64,000 nt of DNA. Source: a virus. Its lineage: Duplodnaviria; Caudoviricetes. The position numbers were made by a program, and so were the translations under genes. The stretch spans positions 1 through 64,000 of the IMG/VR virus record IMGVR_UViG_3300001598_000001. One strand, 5' to 3'. Shown here in pieces: positions 1 to 10,124 of this stretch (positions are counted from its first letter, which is position 1; the number at the start of each line of letters is the position of its first letter). A model generated the notes under the pieces. That model was given only the letters and a program-made list of their open reading frames with translations, did no database searches and had not been told where the DNA came from.

Positions 1-1
1 G

Positions 2-598
2 GCTACCACTTGTTCTTCCTCTTGTGTATATAAAAAAACAAAAGTAATTAATTTAACTAATCAGGTGTTTGGACGATTAACGGTTATTTCTTCGGCAGGG
101 CCGTCAAAAGACGGACACATGTTATGAAGATGTCGTTGTTCCTGTGGAAACGAAACTTACGTAGAAGGACGTTATTTAACACGTGGACGCACTTGTTCTT
201 GTGGATCTTGTCCTGATTTACTTAAATCAGCAGGGAATAATTATATAAATAACTGATTATTGAATAAAAATATTAATTTTAAATCAGAGGTTCGTTTTGA
301 TGATTGTAAAAATAAAGTAACTTTACCATTTGATTTTGTATTATATGATCAAAATAATAATATTATTTGTTGTATTGAATATCAAGGCGTTCAACACTAT
401 ACACCCACAGGTGGCTGATTTACCGCTGATGTTGTCAAACAACAACAAAAACGAGATCAAATTAAAAGTCAATATTGTAAACATAATAATATACCTTTAT
501 ATATTATTAATTATCAAGATTTTCAAAAATTAGACGATATTTTACAAAAAATATTGGAGGAAAACAATTATGAAGACAAAAATAACTTTAAATACTAA
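2..598 (+). CDS. Homing endonuclease-like protein, 5'-partial (Cys-rich repeat + Vsr/DUF559-like PD-(D/E)XK nuclease); 3 TGA=Trp
   Basis: Frame 2 reads LTNQVFGRLTV..HML[TGA125]RCRCSCGN..RGRTCSCG, with TGA at the conserved W of WxCxCxCG, then LPFDF..IEYQGVQHY..RDQIKSQYC..IPLYII. Other TGAs at 254 and 416; TAA at 596. Missed by the ORF track. Confidence 0.85.
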
Positions 599-776
599 TA
601 CTAAATTAGTAGAAGCAATTCAAAATAGATTGAGATTAAATAATGGTTATTGTCCTTGTGCGTTAATTAAAAACGATGATACAAAATGTATGTGTAAAGA
701 ATTCAGAGAATCCATCGAAGAAGGTCCTTGTCACTGTGGATTATATATTAAAGAAAGGGTCAAAGACAATGCTTAA
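570..776 (+). CDS. Ferredoxin-thioredoxin reductase catalytic subunit-like small Fe-S protein
   Basis: GYCPC, CMC and CHCGLY motifs; GGAGG RBS. Confidence 0.8.
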   Translation: MKTKITLNTNTKLVEAIQNRLRLNNGYCPCALIKNDDTKCMCKEFRESIEEGPCHCGLYIKERVKDNA

Positions 777-1302
777 GTATTTTGACTCTGCTATAGTCTT
801 TGCTGAATTTCCAGATGAAGTTTGTTTAGCAGTAAATATTACGAATTGTCCTGGAACCTGTGAAAAATGTTCTGAACCTTGGCTAAGAGAAAATATTGGA
901 GTAGAATTAACTAATAATGATATTGATCAACTAATTAGTCAACATCCTGACATTACTATGTTTGGTTTAATGGGTGGAGATTCTGATCATTTAGATTGCT
1001 GTCGTATAGCTAATTATATTCACTCTACTTATCCTTATATTAAAGTGGGTATGTATAGTGGATTAGATTATTTAGATAGTAAATTATTAGATGTATTGGA
1101 TGCATATAAAATTGGCCGTTTTATTTCACCAAAAGGACCTATAGAAGATTGATTTAAAACTAATAATGGAGTTTTGAATTTTCCTTGATCTAATCAATTA
1201 TATTTTGAAAAAATTATAAAAGATGATCAAATTTATTGGCAAAACTCTACTTATAAGTTTAGAGATAAACCATTGGGCGATCCAAGTAAATATATTATTT
1301 AA
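769..1302 (+). CDS. nrdG: Anaerobic ribonucleotide reductase activating protein (radical SAM); 2 TGA=Trp
   Basis: VFAEFPDEVCLAVNITNCPGTCEKCSEPWL (CxxxCxxC), LMGGD, YKIG. Reading through TGA 1150 and 1186 restores the SNQ C-terminus and ends at TAA 1300. Confidence 0.88.
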
Positions 1303-1385
1303 CCGTCTATTAGTTTTTTTACTAAAAACGATTTTGGTTATAAATTTGATCGAAGTCGGGGTATGTTATATAGGAGGAAATAGTT

Positions 1386-1592
1386 GTGATAGAAAATAAA
1401 CAACCTACAATAACGTCTATTCATAAAATTAATTTAACTATGATTAATACATTATGTGGTCACTATATTACACAATGTAAATCAAGAGTAGACGCACAGC
1501 TTATCAAAGCTTTATCTAAAGATTTAATTACCATATTAGGTATTAAAGACGATAAAGATTATGGAGTTATTCCTATTGATAATATAAAATAA
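1386..1592 (+). CDS. hypothetical protein
   Basis: GTG start with GGAGG RBS. Confidence 0.6.
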   Translation: MIENKQPTITSIHKINLTMINTLCGHYITQCKSRVDAQLIKALSKDLITILGIKDDKDYGVIPIDNIK

Positions 1593-1597
1593 TTTTA

Positions 1598-1622
1598 AAT
1601 CACCTTGTATAGGTGATTTTTT
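1598..1622 (+). terminator. Intrinsic terminator overlapping the next promoter
   Basis: AAATCACC-TTGTATA-GGTGATTT + T run. Confidence 0.65.
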
Positions 1623-1633
1623 CCCATTATAAT
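1605..1633 (+). promoter_or_regulatory. CCCAT-type sigma70-like promoter (probably leaderless transcript)
   Basis: TTGTAT-17bp(..TTCCCAT)-TATAAT; ATG 8 nt downstream, no RBS. Confidence 0.75.
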
Positions 1634-1641
1634 GTTAATAT

Positions 1642-2247
1642 ATGAAAACAAAACTTAAAACAATAAAATACACAAAAAACAAAGTAATTAATACTATTAT
1701 TATGATCATGATGTTTTTAACACCATGGTTTTATGTTTTTATTAATCAAGATTTACCACAATCTATATCGGTTACTTATTATACTAATACAGGTCCTTTA
1801 TTTATTATAACTATGACTGGCACAGGATTCTTGTTATTAAGCGAAAATACAAGTAATATTTTTGAAACAATATTAAACGTTGTTATTTTCCTTGCTGATT
1901 TAGGTTTGGTTTGTAATCCTTGTCAACCAATTGATTTTAATGGCACTGGTGTTTACGGTGTTCTTAGTTTACCAATGCCACTATGCTCACAAATTCATAA
2001 TATTTGTACGACTATATTCTTTATAGGATTATTTATTAAAATGGGAATATTTTTAAATCTTAAAACCAAACTTAAAAACTGTGTAATTTATGTAATGATA
2101 ATAATGGTAACTATTTTATTATTATTGTGTTTATTATCGTCGTGGTTATCTGTGTGTCCTTATAAAACTTGGCTAATTGAAACTTTGTGTATTTCAAATA
2201 TTGGAATTGGCTGGCTTTTATATATTAGTGCCATGGATAAAGAATAG
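1642..2247 (+). CDS. Multi-pass membrane protein
   Basis: About 6 hydrophobic segments. Confidence 0.7.
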   Translation: MKTKLKTIKYTKNKVINTIIMIMMFLTPWFYVFINQDLPQSISVTYYTNTGPLFIITMTGTGFLLLSENTSNIFETILNVVIFLADLGLVCNPCQPIDFNGTGVYGVLSLPMPLCSQIHNICTTIFFIGLFIKMGIFLNLKTKLKNCVIYVMIIMVTILLLLCLLSSWLSVCPYKTWLIETLCISNIGIGWLLYISAMDKE

Positions 2248-2248
2248 T

Positions 2249-2277
2249 TTGAATATTATAATTTTTCCCATTATAAT
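2249..2277 (+). promoter_or_regulatory. CCCAT-type promoter
   Basis: TTGAAT-17bp(..TTCCCAT)-TATAAT. Confidence 0.75.
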
Positions 2278-2347
2278 AATAATATATAAAATATTGAATA
2301 AAAGCTACATTTTATTCGGAAAGGTGAAAAAAGAGGAATAAAAGATT

Positions 2348-2800
2348 ATGACAAGTAAAGAAGTGTTAAAATCTCAAGGACATTATGCTTTATATGAATT
2401 ATTTACAGATGTTGCAAAATTAAGAAATAATACTCATCCAACAGACAATGAAAAAGAGTTATTTAATATTATTGAGAAAGATTTAGAAGAATATGAAATA
2501 GCAAAAAATCTAATTCACGAATTACGTATTATTTTGTATGGTGATGATGAAGACTGTAAAACTGATTTTGATATAATTAGAAAATGTCAATTGAAGATTC
2601 TTAACTATTTAGAAGATAAAGCAAAGAGATTAGGAACTGAAAAACTTGTTAGAGAAGTTTTAATTCAAATTGCTAAAATGATAGCAAGTGGAGAAATACC
2701 AAATGAAGTTTATGATAAATATTTAAGTGAAACACCAATAGGTTTTATGCCCGAAGAAGATTTAATTAAATATTTAACAAAAGATTTAAAGGAAGAATAA
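2348..2800 (+). CDS. hypothetical protein
   Basis: 150 aa ORF with RBS. Confidence 0.7.
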   Translation: MTSKEVLKSQGHYALYELFTDVAKLRNNTHPTDNEKELFNIIEKDLEEYEIAKNLIHELRIILYGDDEDCKTDFDIIRKCQLKILNYLEDKAKRLGTEKLVREVLIQIAKMIASGEIPNEVYDKYLSETPIGFMPEEDLIKYLTKDLKEE

Positions 2801-2848
2801 TCATGACAAATTAAATTAGGATATTTTTATCCTATTTTTTATAAAGAG

Positions 2849-2877
2849 TTGTTTTTTGGAAAAATTACCATTATAAT
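2849..2877 (+). promoter_or_regulatory. CCCAT-type promoter (ACCAT variant)
   Basis: TTGTTT-17bp-TATAAT. Confidence 0.65.
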
Positions 2878-2933
2878 ATATATAGAATAAAATTGCCTTT
2901 TTATTTGGTAATTTTATAGAAAGGAAGTACTAC

Positions 2934-5345
2934 ATGCTTATTAATGAAATGATCGGGCAAAACATCAAAGCTCGTGTTAAATTACATAATTATAGATATC
3001 CGCGTTCTGGTGTTCAAGAATCTGGTTTTGCGATAGTCATTTTTGATGTTGTTTCTGTTTTAGAAGGACAAATGCCTGAAGATTTTATTTATGGTAATAA
3101 TGATGGTAAAATAGAATATCAACTTACTGCTGTTGGAACTATGCCTAAAATTGAACGTAATCAAGAATATGTTTTACAAGGTACTTGGGATATAGACAAA
3201 AAATGGGGACCTCAATGTAAAGTGGATTTTGTTAGAATGGATTATAATTTCAATTCTATAGATGATCAATGTAAGTTCTTTTCGTTCTTCATGACAGATA
3301 ATCAAATTAAGTCTTTATTCGATATTTATGATGATCCAGCATCTTTGTTAGAAAATCAAGATATAGAATCTTTAACTAAAATTAAAGGTATTGGTCCAGC
3401 AACTGCTCGAAGAATGTGTGTAAAATATGAACAATGTAAGGATAAAGGACAGGCTTATATTCAATTAAAAGCTTTTGGTCTTACTAAAACAGCAATTGAT
3501 CGTATTGTTGCGGCATACGGATCTCCAGATGAAGCGGCGGCACAAGTTAACGCTAATCCATATGTATTAATTAAACATGTTAGAGGTTTTGGCTGGTTAA
3601 AAGCTGATACGGCTGCTCGTGCTAGAGGTTTTGCTCGTAACTGTAAAGAAAGAGTAATGGCTTATATACAATACTATTTAGATATTCAAGCTGAAAGTGC
3701 TGGTAATATTTGGGTTACTATTGATGATTTAATGACCAATGTTATAAACGAATGTTCTCCTTTAACCAAAGATCAATTAAGCGTTTGGATTAAAGAAGTT
3801 ACTGCATCACAAAATCGTTTTGAAGAACTTTATGTAAATTATTTACAAGATCCTGGTACTGAATTCCCATTATTAATGTATTGTCAAGAAGGACGTAAAA
3901 TAGGCCTATCTTATTATCGTTTATTAGAACGTAAAATCGCAGATGAGCTTCAAAGATTACAAGAAGGTCCTCATAATTTACAATATGATAAACACATTTG
4001 TGAAAGTATGATCAATGAAGTTGAGGAAGAACAAGGATATGAATATACAGAAGAACAAATTAAAGCAATTTATGACATGCTTAATTCTAATGTTATTGTG
4101 TTAACTGGTTCAGCTGGTACAGGTAAAACCACCACACTTAAACCTGTTATTCGTATTTTAAGATATTATGGTATGTTTGTTAGTCAATGTGCCTTAGCTG
4201 GTCGTGCTTCAAGTTTATTAAGTGAAGTTACAGGTTTAGAAGGTAAAACTATTCATAGGTTATTGGGTTATATTCCTGAAACAGAAAAATTTGCACATTC
4301 TGCTACTAATCCATTAAAATCAGATGTTGTTATATTAGATGAAACTTCCATGGTTGGAGAAGAATTATTCTTATCATTATTAAAAGCAATTAAGACAGGA
4401 TCAAAATTGATTATGTTAGGAGATATTAAACAATTACCTCCAATTAATGTTGGTAATATCTTAAATGACTGTATTCGTTCAGGATATATTACAGCTGATG
4501 TATTAACTCAAACCCATAGACAAGCATTAAAAAGTGGAATCGTATCTCAATCTGTAAAAGTATGCTCTGGAGAATCTTTGTGTAAAAATGATTTCTATGG
4601 AGAGGAAATTCGTGGAGAATTACAAGATTTTAAATTAATTGCGGCATATGATTTAACTGAAATTCAAATGAAAATAATTGAAGAATTTAGACGTTTATAT
4701 TTCAAAGAACATATTGCATTAGATAAAATACAAATTATTATTCCAACTCGTGTTCGTGGAAACAACTCATGTAGAGTTATTAACAGCATGATTCAAGAAA
4801 TTGTAAACCCTGGTTTTAGAAATGATAGTGCAGTAGTTGAATATAATGAAAATGGTTTCAAATATACTGTCACATACAAAGTAAATGATAGAATTATTGT
4901 TAATCGTAATAATTACCACGCATTAAATGTCGACGGAGATGAAGTTGCAATATTCAATGGTAATTTAGGAATAATTAAAAAGATTTACAAAGATCACATG
5001 ATTATTGAACTACCTGATCAAGGAGAAGTTATTTTAGAAAGAGAAGATTGGTGGAATATTGGATTAGCTTATGCTATTACAGTACATAAACTTCAAGGAT
5101 CACAAGCTCCTTATACAATTGTTGCAATAGATTCATCTTCTTATGCATTATTATCACGTGAATTAATTTATACAGCAATTACACGTGCTACCAAATATTG
5201 TACATTAATCACTCAACCAAAAATGTTAAATTTGGGAATAAAAATTAGTGCCATTAAACAAAAACAAACATGGTTACAACAAGAATTATTTAATTTATAT
5301 ATAAGAACTCAAGAAAGAGACATTAAATATGGTGAAAATAACTAG
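2934..5345 (+). CDS. recD2: RecD2-like SF1B DNA helicase
   Basis: HhH IKGIGPATA, Walker A GSAGTGKTT, TIHRLLG, Walker B ILDETSMV, GDIKQLPP, YAITVHKLQGS, IYTAITRA. Confidence 0.93.
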   Translation: MLINEMIGQNIKARVKLHNYRYPRSGVQESGFAIVIFDVVSVLEGQMPEDFIYGNNDGKIEYQLTAVGTMPKIERNQEYVLQGTWDIDKKWGPQCKVDFVRMDYNFNSIDDQCKFFSFFMTDNQIKSLFDIYDDPASLLENQDIESLTKIKGIGPATARRMCVKYEQCKDKGQAYIQLKAFGLTKTAIDRIVAAYGSPDEAAAQVNANPYVLIKHVRGFGWLKADTAARARGFARNCKERVMAYIQYYLDIQAESAGNIWVTIDDLMTNVINECSPLTKDQLSVWIKEVTASQNRFEELYVNYLQDPGTEFPLLMYCQEGRKIGLSYYRLLERKIADELQRLQEGPHNLQYDKHICESMINEVEEEQGYEYTEEQIKAIYDMLNSNVIVLTGSAGTGKTTTLKPVIRILRYYGMFVSQCALAGRASSLLSEVTGLEGKTIHRLLGYIPETEKFAHSATNPLKSDVVILDETSMVGEELFLSLLKAIKTGSKLIMLGDIKQLPPINVGNILNDCIRSGYITADVLTQTHRQALKSGIVSQSVKVCSGESLCKNDFYGEEIRGELQDFKLIAAYDLTEIQMKIIEEFRRLYFKEHIALDKIQIIIPTRVRGNNSCRVINSMIQEIVNPGFRNDSAVVEYNENGFKYTVTYKVNDRIIVNRNNYHALNVDGDEVAIFNGNLGIIKKIYKDHMIIELPDQGEVILEREDWWNIGLAYAITVHKLQGSQAPYTIVAIDSSSYALLSRELIYTAITRATKYCTLITQPKMLNLGIKISAIKQKQTWLQQELFNLYIRTQERDIKYGENN

Positions 5346-5362
5346 AAAGGAAAATAAAAATT

Positions 5363-5923
5363 ATGAGTATATATGTTACTTCAGACTTACATTTTAATCA
5401 CAAAAATATTTTACAAATGTGTCGTACTCAATTTGAAACTATTGAAGAGCACAATAATTATATTATTCAACAATATAATTCTGTAGTGAAAAAAGATGAT
5501 TTAGTTTATATTTTAGGGGATATTGGTTTTACACCATATAATAAATTAACTCCTTTAATTAAACAATTAAATGGACGTAAAATATTAATCATTGGTAACC
5601 ATGATCAAGGCAAAGATAATGAATATCTTGCTATGGGATTTATTGAAGTAATACGCCACCCTGTTTATTATAATAGTAATATTATATTAAGTCATTTTCC
5701 TGTTCGAGAGGGATATGACAATCCATGGATATATAATCTACATGGTCATTTACACAATAACGAACTGACTTTAAAAAATTATATTAATGTTAATATAGAA
5801 TTAAATGATTATAAACCATTAGATTTAAAAGCATTGGCTGAGGAAATTGATGCAAAAACACCAAAATCGCGTTATCAATCTTTCGGTCAAGAATGGTTTT
5901 ATGAGTATTATAAAAACAAATAA
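5363..5923 (+). CDS. Calcineurin-like metallophosphoesterase
   Basis: SDLHFNH, LGD, GNHD, SHFP, HGHLH. Confidence 0.9.
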   Translation: MSIYVTSDLHFNHKNILQMCRTQFETIEEHNNYIIQQYNSVVKKDDLVYILGDIGFTPYNKLTPLIKQLNGRKILIIGNHDQGKDNEYLAMGFIEVIRHPVYYNSNIILSHFPVREGYDNPWIYNLHGHLHNNELTLKNYINVNIELNDYKPLDLKALAEEIDAKTPKSRYQSFGQEWFYEYYKNK

Positions 5924-5937
5924 AGATAAGTATTTAC

Positions 5938-5966
5938 TTGTCTTTTTGTTTTATTCCCATCATAAT
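5938..5966 (+). promoter_or_regulatory. CCCAT-type promoter overlapping a terminator hairpin
   Basis: TTGTCT-17bp(..TTCCCAT)-CATAAT; hairpin AAGATAAGTA/TACTTGTCTT. Confidence 0.7.
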
Positions 5967-5994
5967 AATAATATAGAAAGAAGGAATAAAAATT

Positions 5995-6279
5995 ATGAAA
6001 ATTAATCATGTAACTACTGTTATTAGACAAACAATTACAAAAAAAGGAATCGTTTTTGAAGAAAGAAATTCTGTTAGCACAAGCTCAGTATATTTCAAAA
6101 TCTATTCTAGTTCAAGAAAAGAATCATTATTATTTAGAATTGCTGATCATTATACTAAAGCTGATGTTATTACTTTAAGAATTGATCACAAATCTACAGA
6201 AAAAAGTGTCGAAAATTTTGTCATTAATCGTATTAATGATTTAAGAAAAAGATCTTTAAAAAATATTTTAGGAATGTAA
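5995..6279 (+). CDS. hypothetical protein
   Basis: 94 aa ORF with RBS. Confidence 0.7.
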   Translation: MKINHVTTVIRQTITKKGIVFEERNSVSTSSVYFKIYSSSRKESLLFRIADHYTKADVITLRIDHKSTEKSVENFVINRINDLRKRSLKNILGM

Positions 6280-6281
6280 TT

Positions 6282-6506
6282 ATGGGAAACAAAACAAACA
6301 TTATTGAAGCTTCTGGTATAGTTGTTGAAATTTTACCAGGAGAAGTATTTAAAATTAAATTAGACGAAAATGACGTTATTATTTATGGTCATATTAGTGG
6401 TAAATTACGTATTAATCATATACGTATTTTACCTGGTGATCATGTCAGAGTGGAATTATCAGTATATGATTTAACGCAAGGTCGTATTATATACAGAGAT
6501 AGATAA
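6282..6506 (+). CDS. infA: Translation initiation factor IF-1
   Basis: IEASGIVVEILP, HISGKLRINHIRILPGDHVRVELSVYDLTQGRIIYR. Confidence 0.95.
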   Translation: MGNKTNIIEASGIVVEILPGEVFKIKLDENDVIIYGHISGKLRINHIRILPGDHVRVELSVYDLTQGRIIYRDR

Positions 6507-6516
6507 GGAGTTATAT

Positions 6517-7737
6517 ATGAAATTAAACACGAGTATTTTTTTAGATGGAGCTTCTAATACTCCTTTAGACGCAAGAGTACTACAAGCAATGTTGCCTTAT
6601 TTAAATGAAAAATTTGTAGGGAATAGTTCTTCTACCCATGATCATGGAATTAGAGCATCAGAAGCAGTTGAAAATAGCAGACATAAAATTGCCTCGATTT
6701 TTGGTGTTGAAGATGATTCAATTATTTTTACGTCTGGTGCATCAGAATCTAATGCTATGGTTATTGAAGGATTGGGATTACACGAACTTAGTAAACCTAT
6801 TAAACAAAGAAAAATGAATATTGTTGTTTCTGCTTATGAACACGATTCAATATTGTCAGCTTGTAAAATATTACAATCTATAGGTTTTAATATTACTTAT
6901 ATATATCCAGATAATAAAGGACATATTACTCCCGAAATAGTGGAAAAATCGCTTAAAAATGACACTTTATTAGTATGTATTATGGCGGTTAATAATGAAA
7001 TAGGCACTATGAATAATATTTATGAATTGGGTGAAATTATTCATAAAAATAATTCTTTATTTTTATGTGATCTTACTCAAGCCATCAGTTATGGCGGTAG
7101 TAGTTTAGACGTTACTAATAGATATTATGGCGCAGATTATTATAGTTTTAGTGGACACAAAATATATGGTCCATTAGGAGTAGGATGTTTAATTCGTATT
7201 AATAATGCCCCAATTTATGGTATTATCGCACCAGGAGCACAAGAAAGGGGTTTACGTGGTGGAACATCTAATACACCAGGAATTGTTGGTTTAGGAGAAG
7301 CTATACAATTAATATCAGAAAATAGCTATAGTAAACATTATACAGCATTATATACATATCTTATGAGTCAGATACAATTATTACCAGATCCATTGAATAA
7401 AATTAGACCTACTGTAATTCCTGATCAATTAAATATTGTGAATTTAAATTGTTATCCATATTTACCAAGTTTTCAGTTAGCTAACAGTTTTGCTATGAAT
7501 GGTATTAGCTGCAGTGCTGGATCTGCTTGTAATACTACTGGAGAATCAATAGTTGGTTCTCATGTGTTGCGTTCAATCAAAGTGCCAGAAGAAGAAATAT
7601 CTTCTTGTATTCGATTATCATTTACTCGAGACACAACTACGCAAGATATTGATGCTTTTTTAGATACGTTGCTAATTTTATACAATGATAATTGTACAAT
7701 GTTGTCTAATTTAGACTCTATAAACAATGAAGGATAA
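6517..7737 (+). CDS. iscS: Cysteine desulfurase (IscS/NifS family)
   Basis: FTSGASESN, MAVNNEIG, PLP Lys in SGHKIYGPLGVG, RGGT, catalytic SAGSAC. Confidence 0.92.
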   Translation: MKLNTSIFLDGASNTPLDARVLQAMLPYLNEKFVGNSSSTHDHGIRASEAVENSRHKIASIFGVEDDSIIFTSGASESNAMVIEGLGLHELSKPIKQRKMNIVVSAYEHDSILSACKILQSIGFNITYIYPDNKGHITPEIVEKSLKNDTLLVCIMAVNNEIGTMNNIYELGEIIHKNNSLFLCDLTQAISYGGSSLDVTNRYYGADYYSFSGHKIYGPLGVGCLIRINNAPIYGIIAPGAQERGLRGGTSNTPGIVGLGEAIQLISENSYSKHYTALYTYLMSQIQLLPDPLNKIRPTVIPDQLNIVNLNCYPYLPSFQLANSFAMNGISCSAGSACNTTGESIVGSHVLRSIKVPEEEISSCIRLSFTRDTTTQDIDAFLDTLLILYNDNCTMLSNLDSINNEG

Positions 7738-7740
7738 AAT

Positions 7741-8451
7741 ATGTTTGAGAAAACTAGAAGTGTATTAAATAAGATTTTTAAAGACATAACCAAGCTTAAA
7801 ATAATTTGTGATATTATTTTGCAAGTTATTTTATTTGGATTATGTGTTTTTAACGTTATTTCTAATATTCATAATGTTATTAAACTTATCATCTATATTT
7901 GTATGCTTATATGTTCTATATTTTGGCTTATTTATTTAATTAATTTTTATTTAGGTAAATTGACTTCTGCTTACCAAAAAGCTAAGAAAAAAAATATTCA
8001 ACACATAGTTAAATATTTAAGATTAGGATATAGATTCGTTTTAGTAATTTTAGCCTGTGTTGACATATTTAGCGGTGCTTTATCAGGATTTGCTTTGTTT
8101 GTGCCTATCTTTACAGTAAGTAGTTATATATTAAAAATTATAATTACTGTAATATCAGAATTAATAGCTTATTATATTAGCTTATTATCTTTAGCGATCG
8201 AAGAAGATTTAAAACCAATTACCAATACTATTGATAATATTAAACATCCTTTGTATGGTATTTCTAAAGCATTATCAAAAGATAAAAACGAAGATCGAGT
8301 AGTAGACGCCAAAACACAAGATAAATTAGATATTATTAATTCACTTGCTGATGAGTGGAAAATAAATGTAGAAAAGAAAAAACAAGAACGAAAAGAATTA
8401 AGAAAACAATTTATTAAAAAAGTTTTCGGTAAAAAAACGGAGGAGGAATAA
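7741..8451 (+). CDS. Membrane protein with basic C-terminal tail
   Basis: 4 hydrophobic segments. Confidence 0.75.
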   Translation: MFEKTRSVLNKIFKDITKLKIICDIILQVILFGLCVFNVISNIHNVIKLIIYICMLICSIFWLIYLINFYLGKLTSAYQKAKKKNIQHIVKYLRLGYRFVLVILACVDIFSGALSGFALFVPIFTVSSYILKIIITVISELIAYYISLLSLAIEEDLKPITNTIDNIKHPLYGISKALSKDKNEDRVVDAKTQDKLDIINSLADEWKINVEKKKQERKELRKQFIKKVFGKKTEEE

Positions 8452-8454
8452 ATC

Positions 8455-9039
8455 ATGTTAACTACTAATTATAAAGATATTAAATGCCCACATTGTGGTA
8501 AATCACATTTTTCTGTTTTTCATTCTTCAGTTGAATTAATTCCTTCAGTTTTCACTATTCATCCAGACCCAATTTATAAAGATGGAGTTTTACAAAATCC
8601 AGAAATATATGACCCAAAACCAGAGCATGAATTATGCACCTGTCAAGAATGTGGTAAAAAGTTTTGGTTGAATACAAGATATGAATGTGGTCAAGTTATT
8701 CAAAGTGTAGAAACTGAAGAAGAAAGAAAAACAAGATTAGATAATGAATGGAACAATTTATTTAATAAAAATAAAGAAGAACAAGAAATTCAAGAAGAAG
8801 TAGAAAAAGTTGCAGAAATTCTTGGAGCAAAATTACCAGAGAATGATGATACTAAAATAGAAGATATAAGTGGTATAACTAATTTAGAAGCTGACCAAGG
8901 AATATTAACTTATAGATCTGATGAACCAACAATGAGCTATGCTCTTGATGATAAAACTTCATTTGAAGAAATTAAATCAAAAGTAGATGATATGTGGATT
9001 AGACTTGAAAAAATTGAAGGAGTTTTAAATGACAGGTAA
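8455..9039 (+). CDS. Zinc-ribbon protein
   Basis: CPHC and CQEC pairs; GGAGG RBS. Confidence 0.7.
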   Translation: MLTTNYKDIKCPHCGKSHFSVFHSSVELIPSVFTIHPDPIYKDGVLQNPEIYDPKPEHELCTCQECGKKFWLNTRYECGQVIQSVETEEERKTRLDNEWNNLFNKNKEEQEIQEEVEKVAEILGAKLPENDDTKIEDISGITNLEADQGILTYRSDEPTMSYALDDKTSFEEIKSKVDDMWIRLEKIEGVLNDR

Positions 9040-9334
9040 AGAATCATTGGAATATATATTAGAAAATTCAACATTTATGACAGCAAGAAACTGTAAGAAA
9101 AAATCTTTAATTCCTGAGTGTTGGGCGACTGTTATAAAATGTTTAGATGTGTTAGATTTAATTGTAAGTCGTATTTCTCAAATTGAAGCAAGTGATGAAA
9201 GAGATATTTATTATATGGATTTCTTTGGTAAAGATCGAGAAACAATAAAAAACTTTTTGAACCAAGATTTTGTATACGTTGCTAAAAAACTATTAAAAGA
9301 ACACCCTGAAGCATTTGCAAAATTAGGTAAATAA
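9029..9334 (+). CDS. hypothetical protein
   Basis: ORF overlapping the end of the previous gene. Confidence 0.65.
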   Translation: MTGKESLEYILENSTFMTARNCKKKSLIPECWATVIKCLDVLDLIVSRISQIEASDERDIYYMDFFGKDRETIKNFLNQDFVYVAKKLLKEHPEAFAKLGK

Positions 9335-9354
9335 TAATAAGGAGGATATCATTA

Positions 9355-9816
9355 ATGAATCAAGAAATTAATAAATTTGAATATATTTCTTCTGTCTCAG
9401 AATCTGAGAGAGAAACTTTTTCTCTTCCTACTCGTAGTAGTAAATATAGTGCTGGATATGATATTCATACTCCACAAGCTTTTGTATTAGAACCAGGAGA
9501 GAGCATTCAACTTAATTTAAAAATCAAAGCACGTATTAAATCTAACGAAGTATTGTTAATAGTGCCTCGTAGTAGTGTAGGATTTAAATATGGTATTCAA
9601 CTTTGGAATACAACAGGAGTTATTGATAGTGATTATTATAATAATCCTGATAACGAAGGTTGTATTCATGCTAAATTAATAAACAATGGATTAAAAGTTT
9701 GGGAAGTAAATGTCAATGATCGTATTCTTCAAGCAATCTTCGTACGTTATGATATAACAGAAGATGATGAAGCTACTCAGCAACGAAATGGCGGAATTGG
9801 ATCTACAGGAGTATAA
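9355..9816 (+). CDS. dut: dUTPase (trimeric type)
   Basis: SAGYD, PRSS, GVIDSDYY, RNGGIGSTG. Confidence 0.95.
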   Translation: MNQEINKFEYISSVSESERETFSLPTRSSKYSAGYDIHTPQAFVLEPGESIQLNLKIKARIKSNEVLLIVPRSSVGFKYGIQLWNTTGVIDSDYYNNPDNEGCIHAKLINNGLKVWEVNVNDRILQAIFVRYDITEDDEATQQRNGGIGSTGV

Positions 9817-9819
9817 TAT

Positions 9820-10122
9820 ATGGTTAATTTATTACAAGAAACAATTAAAGTGTTATCTTATTACGATAAAACCTTAGAAGACATAGAATATGTTCAACTA
9901 GATGATGAATATTGTTTATCAGGTGATTTTGTTAAACTCGCTGAAACAATTAATTATGATGCTGGTTATGGTTTAGCTTATATTAATCAAAACTTGTTAA
10001 TTATTGGAAATAACTGGTGGTTAGAACGTAGAGAATATGATGGCAGCGAATGGTGGGAATTTCAAACTTTTCCTCGTAAACCTCATATATATAATAAAAC
10101 ATTAAAAATAGAGGAAAGATAA
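9820..10122 (+). CDS. Conserved phage hypothetical protein
   Basis: YDAGYG and WWLERREYDGSEWWEF motifs. Confidence 0.75.
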   Translation: MVNLLQETIKVLSYYDKTLEDIEYVQLDDEYCLSGDFVKLAETINYDAGYGLAYINQNLLIIGNNWWLERREYDGSEWWEFQTFPRKPHIYNKTLKIEER

Positions 10123-10124
10123 TT

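Noticed and set aside
125-127. TGA as Gly (code 25) or selenocysteine
   Set aside because: TGA occupies the W of WxCxCxCG and other aromatic contexts, not Gly or catalytic Cys sites.
330-533. Track ORF of 67 aa
   Set aside because: Off-frame shadow of the real endonuclease gene 2-598.
4257-4259. AGG->Met reassignment known from some Bacilli
   Set aside because: AGG encodes the conserved Arg of RecD TIHRLL.
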